Below, in pieces: positions 54,101 through 64,000 of a stretch of 64,000 bases of DNA. The notes beneath the pieces were generated by a model. The model saw nothing but the letters and a program-made list of their open reading frames with translations. It did no database searches and had not been told where the DNA came from. Position 1 is the stretch's first letter, and each line of letters opens with the position of its first letter. The stretch spans positions 6,076,001 through 6,140,000 of the forward strand of contig CATNEN010000039.1 of the NCBI GenBank assembly GCA_950097015.1, read 5' to 3'. The DNA is from Macrostomum hystrix. Taxonomy: Eukaryota; Animalia; Platyhelminthes. Made by a program: the position numbers and the translations under genes.

Positions 54101-57100
54101 CCGATTCTTCCAATCCCGATTCTTGGAATCCCGATTCTTGGTATCCCGATTCTTGGAATCTCGATTCTTGGTATCCCGATTCTTGGAATCTCGATTCTTG
54201 GAATCCCGGTTCTTGGACTCCCGATTATTCAAATGCCGATTCTTCCAATCCCGATTCTTGGAATCCCGATTCTTCCAATCCCGATTCTTGGAATCCCGAT
54301 TCTTGGAATCCCGATTCTTGGAATCCCGATTCTTGGAATCCCGATTCTTGGAATCCCGATTCTTGGAATCCCGATTCTTGGAATCCCGATTCTTGGAATC
54401 CTGATTCTTGGAATCCCGATTCTTGGAACCCCGATTCTTGGAATCCCGATTCTTGGAATCCCGATTCTTGGAACCCCGATTCTTGGAATCCCGATTATTG
54501 GAATCCCGATTCTTGGAACCCCGATTCTTGGAATCCCGATTCTTGGAATCCCGATTCTTGGAATCCCGATTCTTGGAATCCCGATTCTTGGAATCCTGAT
54601 TCTTGGAATCCCGATTCTTGGAATCCCGATTCTTGGAATCCCGATTCTTGGTATCCCGATTCTTGGAATCCCGATTCTTGGAATCCCGATTCTTGGAATC
54701 CCGATTCTTGGAATCCCGATTATTCAAATCCCGATTCTTGGAATCCCGATTCTTGGAATCCCGATTCTTGGAATCTCGATTTTTGGAATCCCGATTCTTG
54801 GAATCCCGATTCTTCCAATCCCGATTCTTGGAATCCCGATTATTGGAATCATGATTCATGGAATCCCGATTCTTGGAATTCTTGGAATCCCGATTCTTGG
54901 AATTCTTGAAATCCCGATTCTTGGAATCCCGATTATTCAAATCCCGATTCTTCCAATCCCGATTCTTGGAATCCCGATTCTTGGTATCCCGATTCTTGGA
55001 ATCTCGATTCTTGGTATCCCGATTCTTGGAATCTCGATTCTTGGAATCCCGGTTCTTGGACTCCCGATTATTCAAATCCCGATTCTTCCAATCCCGATTC
55101 TTGGAATCCCGATTCTTCCAATCCCGATTCTTGGAATCCCGATTCTTGGAATCCCGATTCTTGGAATCCCGATTCTTGGAATCCCGATTCTTGGAATCCC
55201 GATTCTTGGAATCCCGATTCTTGGAATCCCGATTCTTGGAATCCTGATTCTTGGAATCCCGATTCTTGGAACCCCGATTCTTGGAATCCCGATTCTTGGA
55301 ATCCCGATTCTTGGAACCCCGATTCTTGGAATCCCGATTATTGGAATCCCGATTCTTGGAACCCCGATTCTTGGAATCCCGATTCTTGGAATCCCGATTC
55401 TTGGAATCCCGATTCTTGGAATCCCGATTCTTGGAATCCTGATTCTTGGAATCCCGATTCTTGGAATCCCGATTCTTGGAATCCCGATTCTTGGTATCCC
55501 GATTCTTGGAATCCCGATTCTTGGAATCCCGATTCTTGGAATCCCGATTCTTGGAATCCCGATTATTCAAATCCCGATTCTTGGAATCCCGATTCTTGGA
55601 ATCCCGATTCTTGGAATCTCGATTTTTGGAATCCCGATTCTTGGAATCCCGATTCTTCCAATCCCGATTCTTGGAATCCCGATTCTTGGAACCCCGATTC
55701 TTGGAATCCCGATTCTTGGAATCCCGATTATTGGAACCCCGATTCTTGGAATCCCGATTATTGGAATCATGATTCATGGAATCCCGATTCTTGGAATTCT
55801 TGGAATCCCGATTCTTGGAATTCTTGAAATCCCGATTCTTGGAATCCCGATTATTCAAATCCCGATTCTTCCAATCCCGATTCTTGGAATCCCGATTCTT
55901 GGTATCCCGATTCTTGGAATCCCGATTCTTGGAATCCCGGTTCTTGGACTCCCGATTATTCAAATCCCGATTCTTCCAATCCCGATTCTTGGAATCCCGA
56001 TTCTTCTAATCCCGATTCTTGGAATCCCGATTCTTGGAATCCCGATTCTAGGAATCCCGATTCTTGGAATCCCGATTCTTGGAATCCCGATTCTTGGAAT
56101 CCCGATTATTGGAATCATGATTCTTGGAATCCCGATTCTTGGAATCTCGATTCTTGGAATCCCGGTTCTTGGAATCCCGAATATTCAAATCCCGATTCTT
56201 CCAATCCCGATTCTTGGAATCCCGATTCTTCCAATCCCGATTCTTGGAATCCCGATTCTTGGAATCCCGATTCTTGGTATCCCGATTCTTGGATTCCCGA
56301 TTCTTGGAATCCCGATTCTTGGTATCTCGATTCTTGGAATCCCGGTTCTTGGAATCCCGATTATTCAAATCCCGATTCTTCCAATCCCGATTCTTGGAAT
56401 CCCGATTCTTCCAATCCCGATTCTTGGAATCCCGATTCTTGGAATCCCGATTCTTGGAATCCCGATTCTTGGAATCCCGATTCTTGGAATCCTATGATGT
56501 GCTCATTTTCCCTCCAGTGGATATCGATCGCAAGCTATCTGAGGCATTCAGCAACCTGACCGAGATCTGGCAGTGGCTGTCAGTTACTGCTAGCTCTGGG
56601 CTGGACTCATTGGAATTTTTGTCCAATCTGCGTGCAATTCGAGGACTACACTTAGCCAGCAACGAGTCTGAGAGGTAAGTGGTTTCGGAGAATATACGTA
56701 GCACTGATATTATTGTGCGCACGATGTGTCTCGCTGACGCTTTGTAAGAGACAAAGAACATCAGAGGGACAAAAGCAAGGCTTGAATATGACTATGCGTA
56801 TAGCTACAATGCGCTACAATACAGCAATGATATTGAAGAAGCCTTTTTCGCGATACCTGCTTCATTTTCTAACAAGTAGCCACATTTGCTATGTAGCTTG
56901 TAGCGAAAGCTGAAGTCAGATAGACATGCAGTTCTTGCTAGTCCCCGAATGGCACTGCAGCCAGTTGCGATTCGGGTCCGTTCTCTGTGGTAACTTCTCT
57001 GCGGTTATGCTGTCTAGACTGCGGGCACTGCGGGTTGCTACTGCAGCCATGCAGTTTGGAGCGAGGCTCTGCAGATGGAAAGTATAGTGCTCGCATGTAA

Positions 57101-60100
57101 ATATCTGGCCGCCTGAACATTTGTCTGGGTAGGTCTGGAAAAAAATTGTTTTTTTTCTTATTTTTTCTGTGATACAATTTGTACCCCAGCAGGACTTGGT
57201 ACAGAACAAGAATTTTACTTCTCTGTTGGTCGGTGGCACAGTTTTAGCTGTGGCCCATCTAATTCCCCAAATGCACATTTCGAAAGCCTCATTTTTCACA
57301 GTTTGACAAAAAACTGCTGGGCTCTAGCTTAGTTAGGTTTCAGACTACCGTAGTGCTTCGGTGGGTTGTGGCGCTGTTGGGTTTAAGGTTTGCAGGGTTT
57401 TTGGGCTGTAGGGTTGTAGGGTTGAAGACTTGTTGTAGGGTTGTAGTATTTTAGTGTTGTAGGGTTGTTGGGCTGTAGGGCTGTAGGGTTGTAGGGTTGT
57501 AGGGTTTTAGGATTGTAGGGTTGTTGGGTTGTAGGGTTGTAGGGTTAAAGGATTGCTGGGTTTTAGGGTTGTAGGGTTGTAGTGTTATACGTTTGTACGG
57601 TTGTCGGGTTGTCGGGTTGTAGGGTTGTACGGGTGTAGGGTTGAGAGTTGTAGGGTTGTAGGGATGTAGGGTTATACGTTTGTACGGTTTTAGAGTTGTA
57701 GGGTTATTGGGATGTAGGGTTATAGGTATTGTAGGGTTGTTGGGCTGTAGGGTTGTAGGGTTGCTGGGTTGTCGGGTTGTAGGGTTGTAGGGTTGTAGGG
57801 ATCTAGGATTATAGGTATTGTTGGGGTTGTTGGGCTGTAGGATTATAGGTATTGTAGGGTTGTATGGTTTTAGGGTTGTAGGGTTGTCGTGTTGTTGGGT
57901 TGTCAGGTTGTGATGTTATATGGTTGTAGGGTTGTTGTCGAGTTGTAGGGTTGCAGGGTTGTGGTGTTATATGGTTGTAGGGTTGTTGTCGAGTTGTAAG
58001 GTTTCAGGGTTGTGGTGTTATATGGTTGTAGGGTTGTTGTCGAGTTGTAGGGTTGCAGGGTTGTGGTGTTATATGGTTGTAGGGTTGTTGTCGAGTTGTA
58101 GGGTTGCAGGGTTGTGGTGTTATATGGTTGTAGGGTTCATACTTCCGTATCAAAGCCTTTGGATGCTCTGCGCAAAAGCTGCGGCTGTGCTACTGACTAC
58201 AATAATTATGAATTAGTAGCAGGCGGGCACTCACACATCCTTTGTTGATAGTCGACCCGCAGCCAGCGAGGATGGGCGATTCTGCCCATTCCACTGGCTC
58301 CTGAATACACACGCACACAGACACTTTACACAGGTTAAGGGGGCACAAACACGTTTTAATTGTCTGGCAGTGCATCTCTCACCGTGCCTTTGGGGTTGTC
58401 AAAAAGATGCTGGGCTCTAGCTTAGTTAGGTTTCAGGATTCCGGATTCGAGCTCAGGAAGCTTCTTGCGGGAGGCAAACGTGTTAGACCGCTCTGCCACT
58501 CTGCTAGACCATTCAGCTATGAATGTTGTGAAACGGCCTCACAAACCCATTCCCTTCCTCAACGGCAGGCCAGCACTAGAGGTGACGCACACGGACTTCC
58601 TGCAGGAACTCTGGCAGCCTCGGCCATCTCTGTTCATCCAGCCGGCTGCTGTTGTGCGCATCCGCTCTAACAGGCGACTCTGCCGCGATCAAGTCGACGC
58701 CTTCCTGCGCTCCCTCGATAGCGCCTCGTTGAGAGTCGACGTCGGTGACAATGGTGACAGGGCGCACTGCTACAGCAGCAGGTTCAAGGCCAGCATCGCG
58801 ATGGAGGCGCCCGACTCGCTGCTGCTGGAGTGGCCGCGACTTCCACAGGAGGCCGTTGAACGGTGCCTGGTCGGCTATAGCGTGTACTACCGCCGACTGC
58901 CGCCTGGCCAGCAGTCGACAAGATTCGCCGATCCATCGACCTGCGCCATTCTGGCCTGGCGTCGACTCGACTTGCCGCCGGCTTGCGCCAACGACTACGC
59001 TCCTGCCATCAAGGGCGACGCTGTCACCGGTGGCAGCATAGCAACAGCTGCCGGGTGCTATCTGGCGATTGAAGACGACTTCGATGACAACCTCAACGGG
59101 TCGACAAAGTCAAAGACAACCTGCCTTGGCGATTGTGACATTGCTGAGGGCCGCAGGTCACCGTGTGCTGTACAGCTGCCCGGTCTGCTGGCCGACAGCC
59201 GGTACGCCATCTTCGTCATGCCGCGCATTATCCATCTAACAGATTGTCGCGAAAAATTTGGCACCCGCAGCGATTTAGTCTATGGCCAAACTTTGCCAAC
59301 CAATCCGAGCAAGCCGCGGCGACTGCGACTAGAAGAGAATGTGCTGAAGTGGCAGCCGCCCGCCAGACCGAATGGCAATGTGACGGAATACCTGCTCTAT
59401 GCCAGAAACCTGAGCTTGGCTGCAAAAGCCTGCGAAATGACGCCTGAAACTGACGATGACGACACTGAGCAGGATCATGCGCAGGTCTTGATTGACGACA
59501 GCGCCATCGCCGCCGCATTGTCGTGCAGCCTGGCCTCCGCTGATGCGGCTGAACATTTTGCCACCCTGAGGCGCATGCAGCTGGACGCCGGGCTGCTGGA
59601 GCTGACGTCTTTGTCCTGGAGGTGCCGAAATATTTTATATATGGAATTCAGAGATTTTTCTATTAGGGAATCTCAATCTGGGTTTGGGGGAATCCTGGGT
59701 TTCCCAATCTGGGTTTGGGGGAATCCTGGGGTTTCCCAATCTGGGTTTGGGGGAATCCTGGGGTTTCTTAATCTGGGAGATTATTTGAGTTTCGTATCTG
59801 CATAATTCTGGAGTTTCCCAATCAGGGGAATCTTGGGGTTTCCCAATCTGGGGAATCCTGGGATTTCCTAAATGTGTGGAAACCCATAGGGCGCCTAATC
59901 TGAGGGAATCAAGATTTTTCTTTAATTGAGTACGTGGAGACACTAACAGGTGAAGAAACGGTATCAATGAGCACAATTAGTTTAAAATCATGCATACAAA
60001 GACCAGGAATTATCTTTAAACCTGAAGGCGCGAGATATTCTCGGAGGCAGCCTACGCGCAGACAATGAATTCGTACAATTGCACTGACTGCAGCAATCTC

Positions 60101-63100
60101 ACAGAGCTCTACGACATTATCAGCAGGTGAGAGGTACAACACAGACCATTCTCTCATTGTGACTGAGGGGTCTAAAAATTGCCCCAAAAAATATCCCCAC
60201 TTCGCTTGCCAGCAGCCAGCGGGAGCCTGAGAGGGCTGCCAAGCCGACTAACTGCTCTGAATGGCTGCGGCTGTCGGCTCGCCTGCCGCAGCTGCAGGCC
60301 TACCCAACTCCTCTGGCGTCCGTGTCTGCGGCTAAGGAATCTAGAGAACTCGCCATGATGCTTAACAATAGCCTGGGCCTGCACCATTTCTCAGTCTATG
60401 AGCTGCGGGTGAGTGGCCAGCTTATGAGCTTGAGCACCCTATCATCAATGTGAGCACACTATCATCAATGTGAGCACTCTATCATCAATGTGAGCACACT
60501 ATCATCAATGTGAGCACTCTATCATCAATGTGAGCACTCTATCATCAATGTGAGCACACTATCATCAATGTGAGCACACTATCATCAATGTGAGCACACT
60601 ATCATCAATGTGAGCACACTATCATCAATGTGAGCACACTATCATCAATGTGAGCACACTATCATCAATGTGAGCACACTATCATCAATGTGAGCACTCT
60701 ATCATCAATGTGAGCACACTATCATCAATGTGAGCACACTATCATCAATGTGAGCACACTATCATCAATGTGAGCACACTATCATCAATGTGAGCACACT
60801 ATCATAGTTTGAGATTGTAGAAGAAAGATAAACAAACTACACTACTTGTTGCTAAGGCATATGTAGCCAATCATTTCTGTTTAGTACAATACGTTAAAGA
60901 AAAAGTGTGATATCCCTTCAAGAACGATACAAGCGTCAGACGTCATTTTACAAGTTGAAGGTTTTTGAAGCACCTCATTAACTGTCAATGCTTTTAGTAG
61001 ATTTTGAAAGAAACAGCTGAAAACAGAAACAGAAGAATCGGAAGCTTAAAAAGCTGCATATTCAAAATGAGGCTTTTCACATTTGCGATGCCTCAACAAA
61101 GCGACGAACACGTCGTAGAGATGCTTTTGAGTCGTTTGAAGATCGTTTGAGTCGTTAGAAAAGCGTTTGAGTCGTTTTAAGAGCGTTTACGTCCTTAGAA
61201 AGCGTTTGAGTCGTCAGAGAAGTGTTTGAGTCGCTAGAGTATCGTTTGAGGCGCTAGAGTATCGTTTGAGTCGCTAGAGTATCGTTTGAGTCACTAGAGT
61301 ATCGTTTGAGTCGCTAGAGTATCGTTTGAGTCACTAGAGTATCGTTTGAGTCGCTAGAGTATCGTTTGAGTCGCTAGAGTATCGTTTGAGTCGCTAGAGT
61401 ATCGTTTGAGTCACTAGAGAAGCGTGCTTTCATCTCTAGCTGTCTGTTGGGTCGATGTAAGTCGCCAGCCAAGCCAATACCCGCAGCTGGTGGCATGCCA
61501 GGCCCTGTACAGACATCCGCGTCGAAGCCGGCCCGTGCGATTCTGCTCCCGCTCCGCCAGCCTCTGCTACAGGACGCCGCCGAACCCGCTGGCTGACTCT
61601 GTGCCCGATGGCTCGCTGCGTGCTGTCGCTGGCGACGACGGAAGCGACATCACGGTCGCCTGGGCTGAGCCACCTTCGCCCAACGGCCTCCTGCTGCGCT
61701 TTGAGGTACAACTATAGATTTCCTGAATGTGTTGAAAATCCCGAGTATATGTTGAACATCTCGAATGTGTGTCGAACACACCGACCACTTGCCTTAACGT
61801 CCACGTTCAGATCTCAGCCACCATAGTCGGCGAAGAGGTCGGCCGTCGTCGCCAGTTCGTGCGGGTCGACTATTCGGATTGGCGGCAACCGGGCACTGCC
61901 ATCGACCGGCAGCAGAAGCCGATGGGCAACCTGACGGTCAGGGGTCTCAGTCCCGGCATGAGCTACCTCGTGCAGGTCCGCGCCATCAGTCAATCTGGTG
62001 CTGGTCCCTGGACCCCACCGTTGAAAATCACGATGCCAGATCCTCAAGGCAAACGGCGTCGCATTGGGCACAGGCTTGCCGTCCTCGTCATTTTGGTCGG
62101 CGTCGCTGCGGCGTTTCTCCTAGTCCTGGCCGCCATCAGCCTTCTGCTGCGCTGGCGACGTCGGCAACGCTTCGGGCGGCACGAGATGCCCAGGCGCAAT
62201 CTGCGCATCTTCTGGGATCAGCCGCCGCTCGGCTCCGGCTCTTACGGCCGCGTCTACCTCGGCCAGGTGGTCCCAGCCGGCGGCGGCCGCGATGCATCTT
62301 CCGCCGATTGCGTGGCTGTCAAGACCACTGTCGACGAATTCGACAACATCGACAGGAGTGGGGGCGGACACAGTCGACGCCTACTTGCTGAGGCTTCGTG
62401 CTTGAAGCGCCTGGGCGATCACAACTGCAGGCATGTTGTGCGCCTGGTTGGTGTCGTGTCGATCAGTCGGCCGCGCCTTCTGGTCCTTCAACTGGCAGAG
62501 CGCGGCGACCTGCGCCAGCACCTGCGCACTCACGGCTGCGGCGGCATCGGCGCTGTTCGCGGCAATCGAACTAACGCCAGCGGCAGTAACATCAGCGGCA
62601 GCGGCAGCAGCGGCTGCGTCGGCGGCAGCAGTCGCAATAGCAGCGGCTTCGGCAGCGGTGGCGACGGAGTCAGCTGTGCAAGGGCGCTGCTCTGGTCGGC
62701 CCAGATAGCCGATGGTATGGCCTTCTTGCACCAGCGCGGCCTGCTGCACTGCGACCTGGCGGCTCGGAACTGCCTGCTGGACGAGAGGCTCAACGTCCTT
62801 GTTGCTGGTGAGTTGTCCAGATCGAATTGGACAGTTTCTTGGAATTCCGCCTATTCTGGATGGGCAGAGTATATCAAGCCTGTCGACTATCCGGGAATGT
62901 GTCGACTATCCCGGAGTGTGTCGTCTATCCCGGAGTGTGTCGTCTATCCCGGAGTGTCGTCTATCCCGGAGTGTGTCGTCTATCCCGGAGTGTGTCGTCT
63001 ATCCCGGAGTGTGTCGTCTATCCCGGAGTGTGTCGAAAATCGCGGAGTGTTACGACGATCCCGGAATGTGTCGACTTAGCCAGATTGTTGGATATCCTAA

Positions 63101-63530
63101 GCGTGCCGAATGACTCGAACATCCCGCAGATCTCGGCCTGGCCAGGTCGCACACCGCTTCTTTCAGAGGCCGTCAGGAGGCGGACTACGGTGTGCCGGTG
63201 CGCTGGATGGCGCCAGAGACCTTGCGAACAGGCCGCCACAGCTTCGCGTCGGACGTTTGGTCCTACGGCGTCACTCTGTGGGAGATCGCCTCCGGCGCCA
63301 TGCAGCCCTACGGCATGCTGAGCAACTCGGAGGTAGCCGAAGCTGTCAGGGCGGGGCGGCGTCACCTCCAGCCGCCGGCTGAATGTCCCGAAAGGCTGGT
63401 CGGCCTCATGACCGCCTGTTGGCAGGCGGCGCCGCTGCGGCCGAAGTTCAACGAGATCCTGGCCGACCTGCTAGCCAACGGTGTTGGCTGTCGTGAGCTG
63501 TTTTGTCACGCTGAAGCCATTCAAGACTGA
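37318..63530 (+). CDS. Divergent insulin/IGF-receptor-family tyrosine kinase (L1-CR-L2-FnIII x3-TM-TK), at least 1378 aa; signal-peptide exon not located
   Basis: Exons 37318-38181, 39010-39261, 56518-56674, 58569-59621, 60213(or 60216)-60408, 61487-61705, 61811-62807 and 63130-63530 join in one frame. Motifs LGRLFPTLALIRG, CCHRECLAGC, LEFLSNLRAIRG, KWQPPARPNGNVTEY, TM, GSGSYG, VAVK, HCDLAARN, PVRWMAPE and SDVWSYG. Confidence 0.9.
38228..38975. repeat. Mixed 16/18-bp minisatellite (TGACCAGTTTGATGAA / TGACCAGTTTGATGAGAG), intronic
   Basis: Direct inspection; fills most of intron 38182-39009. Confidence 0.97.
40088..44228. repeat. 24-bp minisatellite (GGGAGAGATGAGACATCACAGATT), about 4.1 kb, intronic
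   Basis: Direct inspection; G-run length variants shift the reading frames. Confidence 0.98.
44749..56492. repeat. 15-bp quasi-palindromic satellite (GGAATCCCGATTCTT), about 11.7 kb, with higher-order structure, intronic
   Basis: Direct inspection; variant block CATGATTCATGG...GGAATTCTT recurs 13 times. Confidence 0.98.
57360..58136. repeat. Degenerate telomere-like (TTGTAGGG)n tract ending in 51-bp units
   Basis: Direct inspection. Confidence 0.9.
58205..58505 (-). mobile_element. SINE family 2 (copy E)
   Basis: GACCCGCAGCCAGCGAGG...GAGGCAAACGTGTTAGACCGCTCTGCCA matches copies A-C. Confidence 0.75.
59668..59870. repeat. About 30-bp repeat (GGTTTCCCAATCTGGGTTTGGGGGAATCCT), intronic
   Basis: Direct inspection. 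Confidence 0.8.
60432..60805. repeat. 20-bp minisatellite (ATCATCAATGTGAGCACACT), intronic
   Basis: Direct inspection; starts about 23 nt after the donor. Confidence 0.97.
61125..61424. repeat. 20-bp minisatellite (GAGTCGCTAGAGTATCGTTT), intronic
   Basis: Direct inspection. Confidence 0.92.
62880..63075. repeat. 20-bp minisatellite (ATCCCGGAGTGTGTCGTCT-based), intronic
   Basis: Direct inspection. Confidence 0.92.
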
Positions 63531-63818
63531 CTTTCCCCGGTTGCCTGTGTTGGAACACGACGTCGACTGGTCGTCACTTTCACGCTGATAAATCACAGTC
63601 AATATTTTGTCGCCCGTATTTCTTATTGCTGCCAGTCTTAAAAGCTTCGTAACTTAAGCAGATTTTTTGTCAAACAGTTTTTCAGAAATTGTTTCTTTTT
63701 TGCTTCTAGTCAGTTTTTCCATGGACTTATCTATCTAGTTTTTTAAGGACAGCCCTATTTTAAAATATCATAGAGATTGTGTCCATTCCAGGATTCCGTG
63801 CGTAATTCGGTCTCATTG

Positions 63819-64000
63819 CATCTGATTGGTTGCCATCTGATTGGTTGTCATCTGATTGGTTCCCATCTGATTGGTTGTCATCTGATTGGTTGCCTTCTGA
63901 TTGGTTGTCATCTGATTGGTTGCCTTCTGATTGGTTGCCATCTGATTGGTTGCCTTCTGATTGGTTGCCATCTGATTGGTTGTCATCTGATTGGTTGTTA
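63819..64000. repeat. 15-bp minisatellite (TCTGATTGGTTGYCA), runs off the window edge
   Basis: Direct inspection. Confidence 0.93.

Noticed and set aside
62808-63079. ORF-track extension suggesting the kinase lacks a DFG-equivalent
   Set aside because: Intron read-through; splicing 62807 to 63130 restores D-L-G and the C-lobe.
4685-63530. Functional cluster of GIPC with the GPCR and the receptor kinase
   Set aside because: Neither C-terminus (GLDF, AIQD) is a class I PDZ ligand, and adjacency alone is not evidence in a metazoan genome.

Overview
Eukaryotic (metazoan) genomic DNA with GT-AG introns, GC-rich exons and abundant minisatellites. The style resembles the flatworm Macrostomum, which is my inference and not verified. 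Six protein-coding genes can be assembled by hand, five spliced and frame-consistent: a class A peptide GPCR (-, single ORF), a TRIM-NHL-type protein (+), GIPC (+), a secreted PAN/Apple + fibrinogen-domain protein (-), MEPCE/Bin3 (-), and a highly atypical insulin-receptor-family tyrosine kinase (+, 37.3-63.5 kb). There is also a probable ubiquitin-like exon at the left edge. Mobile DNA includes two LINE remnants, a Gypsy gag fragment, a solo LTR, Tc1 and Merlin derivatives with TIRs and TSDs, a hAT-type MITE and two tRNA-derived SINE families. Roughly 25 kb is tandem repeat, and the long repetitive ORFs in it are artefacts. Most notable: (1) the insulin-receptor paralogue has HCD/DLG kinase motifs and no YxxxYY, NPxY or tetrabasic furin site; (2) every intron of that gene carries a minisatellite, mostly of its own unit and close to a splice site; (3) a degenerate Penelope-type hammerhead ribozyme sits at about 14.2 kb; (4) one SINE family has covarying 3' hairpins. 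I found no unambiguous wholly new system; these are leads.
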